A stretch of DNA of 64,000 nucleotides from a phage: the sequence record PQ724393.1; one strand, given 5' to 3'. Under the pieces are notes generated by a model that saw nothing but the letters and a program-made list of their open reading frames with translations, was not told where the DNA came from and made no database searches. Shown one piece after another: positions 1-9,109 of the stretch. A program made the translations under genes and the position numbers. Within the stretch, counting starts at the first letter, position 1, and every line of letters starts with the position of its first letter.

Positions 1-627
1 GGTATCCATCAGAGCTAAAGCTTGTTCGATAGTATTCAAGGTATCGTAAGCAATATCTTGATACTTTACAACTTCCGCATCATCTTTAGGTTTCCTATTA
101 GGTGACCAAATAACAGAAATAATAGCTTTTCCTTTATAACTATTTGTTTTAATCATGCAATTAGCCATCGGGTGAATAGTACGACAATCACCGGAAACTA
201 TAGTTTTAGAGGCCGCTTTGAGAATTAATGCAGAGTTAGCCTTGAATTCGGTAACCCAACGTTGCGGAAATAAACTACTAGGGTCCATACCTTTAATTTT
301 GATATAACCTTTTATGGTATCACCAAACCATTTGTAGCTAACAACACGGTTGGAACCTGGATGTTTCTCTTTGCCAAACTCTGAAAGGATGTCCTTATTG
401 ACCAGTCGCGAAAGCAGTCGAGAACCTTTAAATGTTTTAATGATATCATGAATGCACAAACGGCCTGCAATCTTTTCGATTTCAGATTTAAAATACAGTG
501 ACAAATCTTCATCAATTTGGTCTACCCATTTATTGATATTGGAAACTATCACCTCATACGGGGTTAATGGCGGTGTATTAGCAGTGATATACGTAGTAAA
601 AGCATTGATGTATTCGGTACGGGTCAT
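1..627 (-). CDS. hypothetical early protein, 5' portion only (gene runs off left edge)
   Basis: ATG at 627-625 preceded by GAGGAG; frame open to base 1; N-terminus MTRTEYINAF by manual translation; position matches T4 nrdC.x block. Confidence 0.5.
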   Translation of the reverse strand, partial: MTRTEYINAFTTYITANTPPLTPYEVIVSNINKWVDQIDEDLSLYFKSEIEKIAGRLCIHDIIKTFKGSRLLSRLVNKDILSEFGKEKHPGSNRVVSYKWFGDTIKGYIKIKGMDPSSLFPQRWVTEFKANSALILKAASKTIVSGDCRTIHPMANCMIKTNSYKGKAIISVIWSPNRKPKDDAEVVKYQDIAYDTLNTIEQALALMDT

Positions 628-655
628 GATATTCTCCTCAGTAGTTGATAAAAGG

Positions 656-685
656 ATTATACTCCATCCGTCCTTGGATGTAAAC
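656..685 (-). promoter_or_regulatory. sigma70-like promoter (GTTTAC-N18-TATAAT on minus strand)
   Basis: minus-strand reading GTTTACATCC...TATAAT upstream of the partial gene at 627. Confidence 0.45.
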
Positions 686-686
686 A

Positions 687-1580
687 TTATTTTAGAGCTA
701 ATAGTGCCGCGCGAAGCTTGTCACGTTGGGCTTCCATATTCTTGATGCTATTCAGAACGTCTTGAATACTCTTTTTCTCATCTTCAATCTGACCATTTAA
801 ACGGTGGATTGATTCCTGAATGCTATCTGCATAATAGGTCTCAATAGGTTTCATCGTAGGGTTAGTAACCACCAAAGAATTCTCGGGTTTAATTTTCCAA
901 TGATACGGTTCAGAATTGAATGGGCCTGGCACAGCGGTGGTTTTGAATTTGTCATAAGTAGCATACTGACCTACAGGCCCATATGACGCAGTGGAGATTC
1001 GACGTTCCATTTGTGGTTCCTTTTGTTGTGGTTGATAAGGGGCATAAGACAAAAGATATTCACGAGTTAGTTTAACATTAAAATACACTGCATCAGCCCG
1101 TCCAGAACAATCAGCATATTCATCTGTTGTAACCTTATATGATTCTACAGCCTTAATACGAGTCATTGCCTCTCTGAATAAGGTTTCGAATGCTTCACGA
1201 ATGGCCTTATTGCCTTTTGAGGTAGGACGGAAACGAACTTGAATACCGTCAGGCAGAATATTAATGACTAGGTTACGAGCCGTAAAATTAATATTCTTGA
1301 TATTAACAGGAACCGTAGAAATACGTCCTGCAGTAGCCAAGAGGTCTTTGATATTAGCTCGTAATGTTGCACCGAACAGGTGGGCCGGGCAACGGCAATA
1401 ATCGTTCAAAGAACTAATATAAGTCCCTTTACGTCCTACACCATAAGTATAATTACCATTACAAATATGACCAAAGTCTGCTAACCGGTCAATAGCGATA
1501 CGACGAGTAGTGTCATGGTCGTATATAGAGTATTCTTTACGTGTTTTAATGTTCATATTAAAGTCCAAATAATTTTTCAT
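687..1580 (-). CDS. hypothetical protein (297 aa)
   Basis: long ORF in tight minus-strand gene array; no recognisable motif. Confidence 0.6.
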   Translation of the reverse strand: MKNYLDFNMNIKTRKEYSIYDHDTTRRIAIDRLADFGHICNGNYTYGVGRKGTYISSLNDYCRCPAHLFGATLRANIKDLLATAGRISTVPVNIKNINFTARNLVINILPDGIQVRFRPTSKGNKAIREAFETLFREAMTRIKAVESYKVTTDEYADCSGRADAVYFNVKLTREYLLSYAPYQPQQKEPQMERRISTASYGPVGQYATYDKFKTTAVPGPFNSEPYHWKIKPENSLVVTNPTMKPIETYYADSIQESIHRLNGQIEDEKKSIQDVLNSIKNMEAQRDKLRAALLALK

Positions 1581-1758
1581 AGAGTTTAGCTAAAGGCCAA
1601 GTCACAATAGAAACTATTCCAAATAAAGCAAGCACTGGCCAAATAAAGGTAGCGAATACTGCTTCGCCACCTGAGCTAATTTCCATATGTTTGCGGCCAA
1701 TCAGAACAGTAATGAATCCTAATGCAAGGTACAGAAGAATAAAACCTGCGATTTCCAT
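1558..1758 (-). CDS. small hydrophobic protein (66 aa), probable membrane protein
   Basis: ORF with two hydrophobic stretches; overlaps neighbour by a few codons as is typical for T4 early genes. Confidence 0.4.
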   Translation of the reverse strand: MEIAGFILLYLALGFITVLIGRKHMEISSGGEAVFATFIWPVLALFGIVSIVTWPLAKLYEKLFGL

Positions 1759-1760
1759 AA

Positions 1761-2606
1761 TTAATCCTTAAGAAGATTTAGGATATCGATATATTTCTGG
1801 CGTTCAGCCTTAGCTTTGGCATTCAGACCAGAGAGTCGGAAAATCTCATCATCTTGTTGTTGAATTGTAACATTCAAGCAAGTAAGCAAATTGCTAAAAT
1901 ACTCGATTTGAGCTTGGTGTTTCTCATTGCTGCGCACCGGTACAGGTTCCGGTTTAGGAGCTTGTTCTGAAGGCTCTTCAGCCAGGTCTTTAATTTTATA
2001 AAGTTTAATACGCTGACCCACTCCAGTTTCGGCATCACCGAAACTAAGAACACCGTGCTGTTCTAATTCAGACAAGGCCAATCGGAGATGGAACTTCCAG
2101 TTGTCGTATTGACACCCACTGTAATGGGAAATAGTATACTCATTTTCATTTCTGGGGTGGTTAACAATACTAAAGATAATCCAATCACCTGAACCATTAG
2201 TCTTAAAGGTCATTTGTTTATCTTGACCTTTTGCAAGTCGAGCACCAAGAGCCAGTAGACGTCGTTGGTTGGCATGAAGGTCTTGAACAACTTCGTCAAA
2301 TGACATCGCCGGGATTAAACGACCATAGAGGTCGTAGCCTTTGTTATAATTTTTAAGAATAATTTTGGCATTAGCACGAGACAACATACCTGTTTTACGA
2401 AGAGTTTTCATGACTCGGTCTTCTAACGTAAACGAACCTTTAGTCTTGTCAAAGATTTTAGTGAAGTCATCTTTAACAGTACAAACGTTGAACTTGTCCC
2501 ACATCATATATAGAACCTTTTCAACTACTTCTTTAGAACTCGGAATACGACCAAATTTAACAACTTTTTTAACTTCAGAACGAATTTGATTAATTGCCTG
2601 TGACAT
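1761..2606 (-). CDS. hypothetical protein (281 aa)
   Basis: long ORF; GAGGAAAT RBS upstream of ATG at 2606. Confidence 0.6.
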   Translation of the reverse strand: MSQAINQIRSEVKKVVKFGRIPSSKEVVEKVLYMMWDKFNVCTVKDDFTKIFDKTKGSFTLEDRVMKTLRKTGMLSRANAKIILKNYNKGYDLYGRLIPAMSFDEVVQDLHANQRRLLALGARLAKGQDKQMTFKTNGSGDWIIFSIVNHPRNENEYTISHYSGCQYDNWKFHLRLALSELEQHGVLSFGDAETGVGQRIKLYKIKDLAEEPSEQAPKPEPVPVRSNEKHQAQIEYFSNLLTCLNVTIQQQDDEIFRLSGLNAKAKAERQKYIDILNLLKD

Positions 2607-2628
2607 AATAATTTCCTCAGTAAGTAAT

Positions 2629-2662
2629 TAAGAACCTAGAACCATTATACCATCCTTGGTAT
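2629..2662 (-). promoter_or_regulatory. promoter-like element with extended -10 (TGGTATAATGG on minus strand)
   Basis: plus-strand GAACCTAGAACCATTATACCAT; reverse complement gives TGnTATAAT; sits upstream of gene 1761..2606; a near-identical copy lies in the 18-19 intergenic region. Confidence 0.4.
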
Positions 2663-2669
2663 AAAGCGT

Positions 2670-3194
2670 TTATGCGAGAACCGTCTTTAAACGCTCTTCA
2701 AATTTCTGAAGCAGAGCTTGGCGTTCAGCTCGTTGTGATTTGTACTGCTCGATACGACCTGAAGTGAGGGCGTACTGTTCGTTTACTGATTCCCGCATGA
2801 ATTCAGGAATCTCTTTACAAGCTTTGATTTCGTCAAACTTATCAATAACAGCTTGTTGTTCAGCAATCAGATTATCGAAATAAGCGATATCAGATTTAAC
2901 GTTTGCCAGGTCGGATTCAGTAGGCATTAAACGTTTGTTACGTTCAGCTTGATAAGCTTGATTGGTTTCACGACTCCAGTGAAGAGTACGTTTTTTGTTA
3001 GTGTTTTTATAGAGCTCTACAATACCAACTGAATCGATGACTGCAATCCAGTTCCAACGGCTTTTGTAAATCTCTCCTCCAGATACGGTAATCTCATTAC
3101 CACAAGCAACATCGTTAAAGAACTTGCTTTGTTTTTCAGATTTGAAATTACCGTTGTTGAAATTAATCAGTGAAAAAATATCTTTAGCGTTCAT
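2670..3194 (-). CDS. hypothetical protein (174 aa)
   Basis: ORF with GGAGG RBS; preceded by the repeated promoter-hairpin element. Confidence 0.6.
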   Translation of the reverse strand: MNAKDIFSLINFNNGNFKSEKQSKFFNDVACGNEITVSGGEIYKSRWNWIAVIDSVGIVELYKNTNKKRTLHWSRETNQAYQAERNKRLMPTESDLANVKSDIAYFDNLIAEQQAVIDKFDEIKACKEIPEFMRESVNEQYALTSGRIEQYKSQRAERQALLQKFEERLKTVLA

Positions 3195-3202
3195 GATAAC
3201 CT

Positions 3203-3249
3203 CCAGTAGTTGATAGGTCTATAGTATCATTTCTACTGGAGATGTAAAC
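3203..3249 (-). promoter_or_regulatory. repeated promoter-hairpin element (GTTTAC-N17-TACTAT with flanking inverted repeat)
   Basis: core TTGATAGGTCTATAGTATCA on plus strand; inverted repeat CCAGTAG / CTACTGG encloses it; GTAAAC at 3244-3249. Confidence 0.5.
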
Positions 3250-3251
3250 AA

Positions 3252-3593
3252 CTAATAAAAACTTTTTTCACCTGCTTGCCCACTAAACCATGCGGATTGA
3301 GTGTTCTCTTTCCGTTGGTGTTTAATACGAATAAGGTATTCGTTCCTGATGGCGCAGAGTTCATCTCTGAAGTCGACTGCCAACTTAACCTGCTTACGGT
3401 CTAGATTTATTAAGGCCTGCGTCTTCGCGGCCAAGGCCAGTCTCTTGTAGTCTCCTTCTTCACAATCGGTTTTGTAAACCTTCTCGGCGAATTGGTGTTT
3501 AAATTCATTATCATAGTCTTCAATAGACTGTTTCATGGCATTAGAGTATTTCAACTCTGCTTTTATAAGGTCATAACTAAATTGTTCGAACAT
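3252..3593 (-). CDS. hypothetical protein (113 aa)
   Basis: ORF in array. Confidence 0.5.
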   Translation of the reverse strand: MFEQFSYDLIKAELKYSNAMKQSIEDYDNEFKHQFAEKVYKTDCEEGDYKRLALAAKTQALINLDRKQVKLAVDFRDELCAIRNEYLIRIKHQRKENTQSAWFSGQAGEKSFY

Positions 3594-3603
3594 AATTTCA
3601 CCT

Positions 3604-4584
3604 TTATTTCAGAAGTGTAACTTCAGCGATTTCGCTCCAGTCATTTTTATCGGTGGCAATGAAGTCCGCCAGATAAAGAGCCGTACGTAATGATACGTTA
3701 CGAAGACGAGATACATTGGCCTTCATCCAGGACAGTGCTTGATAAGTCTCAGCATCAGTCAGACCTCGATTTTGCAACATATCAGTGGAAAGGATAACGT
3801 CTTCAACACGAACCATAATCTCTTCGTTAGAGTGAACTCCGAGGTCTAAGTAAACTGAACGAGATACTAAAGCCTGGAGGTGTGGAGCAAGTTTAGTGCC
3901 ACGTTCTAATTCACGGTCAATATCAACGTTGGTGATGAACACGATGGTGCCTTCATATTCGAATTCTTTATCGATATTTTTATCATCGAGGTAAGAACTT
4001 GAAGTGCTCCAGCACACCTTACGTTTTTCACCGGTATCCAATGCCGCTTTTAACAGGTTCAGGATATCCATATCAGAGAATACATCGACATCATCGATAA
4101 GAAGAACACTATTAGGGCCGCGGTTATTCCAAAGCTGCTCGTAAAGACCGATTCCACTAATCTTTCCGTTGATTGATTTATATTCGATAGTTTCATTTTC
4201 GTGGGCATTCTGTAATGCTTTATCCAAAGAATACGTTTTACCAATACCTGCGGCACCAGAGATGATAAGGGAACGAATTTTACCATCGATGATTCCGTTA
4301 GTCATCATGTTCATTACTTTAAAACGTTTGTTGATGCGATGCTTCATTTCTTCAGCGGATTCAGTAACCATTGCAGGAGCTTCAGCACCTTCCATTTCAA
4401 CATCACATTTGAACACCCATATACCACGTTCAACACCATCAATCTGTACGAATACCTTACCATCACCGAGGTGAGCTTCGGATTCATGAATTTTGTTAGG
4501 GAACCAGGTTTTACCTGAACTCATGAACGTACCAGAGATTTCATTACCGCGATAGATACCTTTGTTGATTTTGATAGTTAACAT
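3604..4584 (-). CDS. P-loop NTPase (Walker A GAAGIGKT, Walker B VLLIDDVD), function unknown
   Basis: start moved to internal ATG at 4584 (GGAG RBS; the upstream part of the track ORF contains the promoter element); Walker motifs about 55 aa apart, AAA+-like spacing. Confidence 0.65.
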   Translation of the reverse strand: MLTIKINKGIYRGNEISGTFMSSGKTWFPNKIHESEAHLGDGKVFVQIDGVERGIWVFKCDVEMEGAEAPAMVTESAEEMKHRINKRFKVMNMMTNGIIDGKIRSLIISGAAGIGKTYSLDKALQNAHENETIEYKSINGKISGIGLYEQLWNNRGPNSVLLIDDVDVFSDMDILNLLKAALDTGEKRKVCWSTSSSYLDDKNIDKEFEYEGTIVFITNVDIDRELERGTKLAPHLQALVSRSVYLDLGVHSNEEIMVRVEDVILSTDMLQNRGLTDAETYQALSWMKANVSRLRNVSLRTALYLADFIATDKNDWSEIAEVTLLK

Positions 4585-4622
4585 TATATTCTCCGTTTCA
4601 CTCAGTAGATTTGATAGGTCCA

Positions 4623-4650
4623 TAATAACATGCTCTACGAGGTTGTAAAC
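4623..4650 (-). promoter_or_regulatory. sigma70-like promoter (GTTTAC-N16-TATTAT on minus strand)
   Basis: degenerate copy of the repeated element upstream of the ATPase gene. Confidence 0.45.
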
Positions 4651-4668
4651 ACTTTTTTGCACTAAACC

Positions 4669-4693
4669 CAAAAAAGGACCCCGAAGGGTCCTA
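4669..4693 (-). terminator. rho-independent terminator (minus strand)
   Basis: GGACCC-CGAA-GGGTCC hairpin followed by U-run on minus-strand RNA. Confidence 0.7.
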
Positions 4694-4915
4694 AATTGCG
4701 CTCCAATAATTATGGAAGCGGATATTATTGATAGCCCAGTTAATACAACGTCTTATCTGCTTAGTCGTAGGCTTGCATACGTACTTGAAATTGATTCTTC
4801 TACCGGTTTCTCTACAAACTACTTCAAGATACCAACGACAGGTTTTATGAGGTCTTCCATATGACAGGAAAACCTTGATTTCTTCTTTAACGGTAATAAG
4901 AGTTGTGGTTGTCAA
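4691..4915 (-). CDS. small Cys-containing ORF (74 aa), uncertain
   Basis: ORF between the NTase gene and the terminator; overlaps upstream gene end; four Cys residues. Confidence 0.3.
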   Translation of the reverse strand: MTTTTLITVKEEIKVFLSYGRPHKTCRWYLEVVCRETGRRINFKYVCKPTTKQIRRCINWAINNIRFHNYWSAI

Positions 4916-5897
4916 GATACACCTCTTCGACGAACTTGTCCCAGAACTTCATGTCCACCTTCGCAGGCATACCGTTCTTAGCAGCCCAGATGGCATTGGT
5001 TTCGACTTCGTCTACAATAGCTTCAAGTTCGGCCTGCACATCTTTAAAAGCATGTAACCCCTGTTTGATTTCAAGGATAAATGGCGCAGTACGTAAAGGG
5101 TATTGAAGGTCACCAGTTTGATAGATTTCCTTCAACTGGTATCCGGCCCTATAAGCATGACTCAGAGCTTTCCAGTCAATACCTTCATTGGCTTCTGCCT
5201 TACGAGCACGTTCACCATATTCGGCGTCAAGCTTATTCAGAGATTGCTTGAGCTCGATTAATGACAAAGTAGTCTGATATTTACGTCCGAGAACAGTATA
5301 GAACGTTTGTGGGCCTGTTTTCTCATGGTTATGGAATACCCATTCACAGAATTCGTTTTCAGGGAGCCGATGTTTGATATCTTCTACCTTAGTGCGACGA
5401 AGACGGTCCGGAATTCCTTCTTGATAATCAACCCATTGTTCAGGAATCTGGTTGACTATTGCCAATACACCACGCAGAGCAGCCAGTCGAGAACCTTTAA
5501 CACCATATTTGGAAGCTTGCTTGCGGACATACCCTAAATAGGCTTTCATGTTGGTTGTATAGAACCGTGAACGGTTGTCTTGGATAAATTTCCATACGTC
5601 AGGTAAATCGGATTTGACAACCAGGTCAGCCGGTGTGTGAATCATGTCCAGGGCAACGGTTTCGCCATCGGCTGCCAGTTTAAAGAAATATTTCAGACTA
5701 TAAAGTTCATGGTCAACATCATCTTTTGTATTTTTGGTAGCCGTGTTATTCGTGTTCAGGTTTGTATGGTTCATAGCCGTACCTAACAGAATATCACGCG
5801 GATGTGGAACAAAGATTTCTTTAAAATCGATATCAGATTCCGGAGTACTTGTTCCATAAAGGTGGGAGCCAAAATATCCCTTCATAACTGTTCTCAT
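4887..5897 (-). CDS. nucleotidyltransferase-fold protein (Pol-beta-like GS-x10-DxD motif near N-terminus), function unknown
   Basis: N-terminus GYFGSHLYGTSTPESDIDF matches [GS]-x9-13-DxD NTase signature; 336 aa. Confidence 0.6.
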   Translation of the reverse strand: MRTVMKGYFGSHLYGTSTPESDIDFKEIFVPHPRDILLGTAMNHTNLNTNNTATKNTKDDVDHELYSLKYFFKLAADGETVALDMIHTPADLVVKSDLPDVWKFIQDNRSRFYTTNMKAYLGYVRKQASKYGVKGSRLAALRGVLAIVNQIPEQWVDYQEGIPDRLRRTKVEDIKHRLPENEFCEWVFHNHEKTGPQTFYTVLGRKYQTTLSLIELKQSLNKLDAEYGERARKAEANEGIDWKALSHAYRAGYQLKEIYQTGDLQYPLRTAPFILEIKQGLHAFKDVQAELEAIVDEVETNAIWAAKNGMPAKVDMKFWDKFVEEVYLDNHNSYYR

Positions 5898-6700
5898 TAT
5901 TCACCTCTTTCATAGTCTTCAATAAATTGCATAATTAAACGTTGATAGTTGGATTTGGGATATCCTAATTTACTAATATAGGTTCCGAAAGCTCCACGCT
6001 TAGGCCTATTTAATTTAACCCATAAAGAATAAAGCAAATCATAATCTTGCCAATGTTTCCCTATTCTTTGCTTTGCTTTAGAAGCATCAGATTGCCTCTT
6101 TTTAGTCTCTGGATTATTTAGAGATTTCTTAACAGCATTCGAATGCCTTTCTCTAACATCAGGGCGTTTAAATGCTTCTTTAATAGCTTTAGAAATTTTC
6201 TCTTTAACTTCAGGACGGTTTTGAGCTTCTATTTGAGCCGCCGACATTTTATCTTTTATTTCTGGTAGACTCATAGTTATAGAACGTTTATTTCTATATT
6301 CTTCAGTCTTCCATATTTCTTTCATCGTATTTGAGTGAATTTCTGAAAATTTTTCTCTAACTAATTGATACCCTCTAGAAGTTAGTTTAAGATTTCTTCC
6401 TAAAGAATCCTCGCCAAAGTTATAAAATGACCACCAGGCATAAATTAATCCTGAAGAATCAGAATGAATTCTAGCTAGAAGCCAGTGTGCTATAAAATGT
6501 TCTCTAGCTGTCAACAGAACCAAATTATTAGGTTCATCACTCCCGCCAATACATGACGGGATTATATGATGGGACTCTGTATAAAAATTTAATTTGGATT
6601 TGTCTAATCCTCTAAGTTTACCTCTTTGGATTAGACTATCATAAAGCTTGGTATAATTCATTATGGATTTGTTTTGTCCTCGAAGTGGATTACAGGACAC
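5897..6700 (-). CDS. HNH homing endonuclease with NUMOD-like DNA-binding repeats (MobD-like)
   Basis: HHIIPSCIGGSDEPNNLVLLTAREHFIAHWLL HNH motif; repeated N-x-PE-x-K-x-K-x-SKA-x-K units; track start is GTG at 6700, an internal ATG near 6661 is an alternative. Confidence 0.8.
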   Translation of the reverse strand: MSCNPLRGQNKSIMNYTKLYDSLIQRGKLRGLDKSKLNFYTESHHIIPSCIGGSDEPNNLVLLTAREHFIAHWLLARIHSDSSGLIYAWWSFYNFGEDSLGRNLKLTSRGYQLVREKFSEIHSNTMKEIWKTEEYRNKRSITMSLPEIKDKMSAAQIEAQNRPEVKEKISKAIKEAFKRPDVRERHSNAVKKSLNNPETKKRQSDASKAKQRIGKHWQDYDLLYSLWVKLNRPKRGAFGTYISKLGYPKSNYQRLIMQFIEDYERGE

Positions 6701-7119
6701 ATCTTAGATTTACGAGCTTTAATGTATTGAATAACGATATTTTCTTTAGTTTCTCGGCCTTCACGCTCAGCTTGAATACGTTGCCATTCCTTTTCTTCTC
6801 TACGGGCATCATACCATGCGTGTAAATTCATCGCACCAAATGCCAAACCGATGGATAGTGCAATAATAAGAGCTATTACAATCAACCCTAAAACAAACCC
6901 TAGACTCAACAGAACAGGAGTACTTAATACAAAGAAATGCTCTAATACACCAGCTCCTGCAACAGTTAATCCAAAAAGCGTACTACCTGCAACAACAGCA
7001 CAAGCAAAACAAGCCCAAATCATTTTCCAGAAATATGCACATAAAGAGTGTGGTCGAGAATGGCTGTCATAAAAACGGTCGTGTAATTTAACGTGCCAAG
7101 AGTTTGAATTGATAATCAT
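6661..7119 (-). CDS. membrane protein (152 aa)
   Basis: ORF with two long hydrophobic helices. Confidence 0.5.
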   Translation of the reverse strand: MIINSNSWHVKLHDRFYDSHSRPHSLCAYFWKMIWACFACAVVAGSTLFGLTVAGAGVLEHFFVLSTPVLLSLGFVLGLIVIALIIALSIGLAFGAMNLHAWYDARREEKEWQRIQAEREGRETKENIVIQYIKARKSKMCPVIHFEDKTNP

Positions 7120-7129
7120 AATATTTTCC

Positions 7130-7690
7130 TTAAGAGTTCATAGTTGGGATAACAGAGTTCAGATAAGAGACTAAAGCCTTAAGCTCGTCCTTAGTAAATA
7201 CCACTTCATTTTCACCGTCATGTCTTTGGACAATGGACAACAAATCACGACCCTGATGTTGATACACGGATAATTCGGTATCATAATCCAGTTCTTCTTC
7301 ATCACCTTCAAATGTTTCACTAGAACGAATTACAGCATCTTGTCCAGGGACTTTCCATTCAACTTCTGGCTTGCATTCTTCCTGGAAGAGTTTGAAAATA
7401 CATTTAAAGAAATTACTAGAATCGCTAATGCTTAGGCATTCCGTATCAGTTTCGATATTAAACCCGTTGTCATGGTTATAAATCTGGGCCCACATATCAT
7501 CATTAATATCAAATACACCTCTAAAACTACCATTAAGATATTCGTGTTTGTCCAAAACCTTTAAATCGTAAAGTGGTTTGATATCTTGGATAGTCAGTAC
7601 GATTTTATCGTCTTCTTGTGAAAGCACAATTGCATTATCAACTACTTCAGCGGTCAGGTCACCAAACAGCCCAGATGTTTCAATAATCAT
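7130..7690 (-). CDS. hypothetical acidic protein (186 aa)
   Basis: ORF in array. Confidence 0.55.
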   Translation of the reverse strand: MIIETSGLFGDLTAEVVDNAIVLSQEDDKIVLTIQDIKPLYDLKVLDKHEYLNGSFRGVFDINDDMWAQIYNHDNGFNIETDTECLSISDSSNFFKCIFKLFQEECKPEVEWKVPGQDAVIRSSETFEGDEEELDYDTELSVYQHQGRDLLSIVQRHDGENEVVFTKDELKALVSYLNSVIPTMNS

Positions 7691-7700
7691 TTTCCGTTCC

Positions 7701-7883
7701 TCATTTCACATTTTGTTTAATAAAATTTAACAACTCTTTAAGAGCTTCATCTTCTTCTTTAGAAAGCCTGCTGCATTCACTAGCTGGGTAATCATTGCAA
7801 AACGCAGTTTCAAATCTAGCAACTGTACCTGCATAGGCCTCGATAAGCTCTTCAAGCTTTAAATGCTTTTCTTCGGTTTTCAT
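7701..7883 (-). CDS. hypothetical small protein (60 aa)
   Basis: short ORF tightly packed in array. Confidence 0.4.
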   Translation of the reverse strand: MKTEEKHLKLEELIEAYAGTVARFETAFCNDYPASECSRLSKEEDEALKELLNFIKQNVK

Positions 7884-7886
7884 AAA

Positions 7887-8153
7887 TCACCGGTTATGTT
7901 TTAAAATACTATAAAGCTCTTCGACCTGGCTCGCATTCAGACAAATCATATCATTTTCTTGTTGGAGCGTAATTCCACCTTTTTCTTCCCAATCTTTAAC
8001 AAAGATGTCATCGTCAGATTCTTCAACATCTGCCAAGAGGACAATAATACCGTCTTCAGAATTACCACTTGGGTCGTATAACATTACAGTTTCCTCGCTA
8101 ACCATGAAAAGAATAAACCAATTAAAACAGGCCCTATAAGCATTGTTAACCAA
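7887..8153 (-). CDS. hypothetical small protein (up to 88 aa; true start probably internal)
   Basis: short ORF in array. Confidence 0.4.
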   Translation of the reverse strand: MVNNAYRACFNWFILFMVSEETVMLYDPSGNSEDGIIVLLADVEESDDDIFVKDWEEKGGITLQQENDMICLNASQVEELYSILKHNR

Positions 8154-8203
8154 GCCCAGGGTTCTAAGTAATAAATCATCTCATACTCCTGTGCCATCAG
8201 CCA

Positions 8204-8386
8204 TTATGCTTTCAACTCATTAAGATACTCAACCAATGCAGCTTTAGAATTAGCCAAATCTCGTTTACACTGCTCTATTCCGGAATATGAATAGCCTTCA
8301 CAATATTCAACGGCCAGGTCATTGGATGCGTTTTCAATGTGCTGGGCGAGTTTAAGGATTTGTTCAATCTGTTCAGTAGTTAACAT
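8204..8386 (-). CDS. hypothetical small protein (60 aa)
   Basis: short ORF in array. Confidence 0.4.
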   Translation of the reverse strand: MLTTEQIEQILKLAQHIENASNDLAVEYCEGYSYSGIEQCKRDLANSKAALVEYLNELKA

Positions 8387-8390
8387 AATA

Positions 8391-8627
8391 TCACCAGTAT
8401 TTGTTGATAGTAGAAATTAATTCTTGGGCTTGGGTGGTTTTCAGTTTACATCCACAACCCTTTAATGTGTCTTTAAGGAGCCACGGTTCCTTGAGCTCGT
8501 CTTTTTCTAGGCGAATTCTATATCCTCGATAATCGGCAAAGATACTTCGGTCGTCGAATATCTTAATCTCAAGGATACGACCGTTGATTTCATATTCTAA
8601 TGAAACCGTAGTACTTGTAAGTTTCAC
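8391..8627 (-). CDS. hypothetical small protein (78 aa)
   Basis: short ORF downstream of promoter-like element; track start is GTG. Confidence 0.45.
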   Translation of the reverse strand: MKLTSTTVSLEYEINGRILEIKIFDDRSIFADYRGYRIRLEKDELKEPWLLKDTLKGCGCKLKTTQAQELISTINKYW

Positions 8628-8655
8628 ACCGTTCTCCTCATTAGTTGATAGGTCT

Positions 8656-8684
8656 ATAGTATCACGTTCCTAGAGGATGTAAAT
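8656..8684 (-). promoter_or_regulatory. repeated promoter-hairpin element (ATTTAC-N17-TACTAT)
   Basis: core TTGATAGGTCTATAGTATCA; GTAAAT at 8679-8684. Confidence 0.45.
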
Positions 8685-8693
8685 ACCTAAACG

Positions 8694-8720
8694 AAAAAAA
8701 GGTCCCACCGAAGTGAGACC
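8694..8720 (-). terminator. rho-independent terminator (minus strand)
   Basis: A-run then GGTCCCAC-CGAA-GTGAGACC hairpin on plus strand, i.e. hairpin plus U-run on minus RNA. Confidence 0.65.
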
Positions 8721-8725
8721 TTTGA

Positions 8726-9109
8726 TTATTCTAACGTTAACAAATATTTAGTCTGGTAAAAGACCCCAGTGATATCGTCCAAAGTCGACTGGATGGCCTT
8801 AGGAAGGGTATCATAGATTTTATCAGATGCTTTAAGAAGCTCGTCAAGGAAATCTACAGGGTCCTTAGGCAAGTCTGAAGCAGACGGTAATGATGCTTTA
8901 TATTCTTTGCCACTGAATCCAAGATATTGCTCACTAAATTGGTCCAGCGGTCCTTGAACTTCTACATAATAGAAGTCATACGCTTTGTGTCTTGCATAGC
9001 TTTTGGTTTCTAAATGGGCTGACTTAAAATAGGCTAAAGAAACCAGTAGCCAACCAATATAAGAATCCACTTCAGACCCTCGACCGGGTACGAAATCATT
9101 GAACTTCAT
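8726..9109 (-). CDS. hypothetical protein (127 aa), rI.-1 position
   Basis: ORF adjacent to rI-like gene; size matches T4 rI.-1 from memory. Confidence 0.5.
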   Translation of the reverse strand: MKFNDFVPGRGSEVDSYIGWLLVSLAYFKSAHLETKSYARHKAYDFYYVEVQGPLDQFSEQYLGFSGKEYKASLPSASDLPKDPVDFLDELLKASDKIYDTLPKAIQSTLDDITGVFYQTKYLLTLE

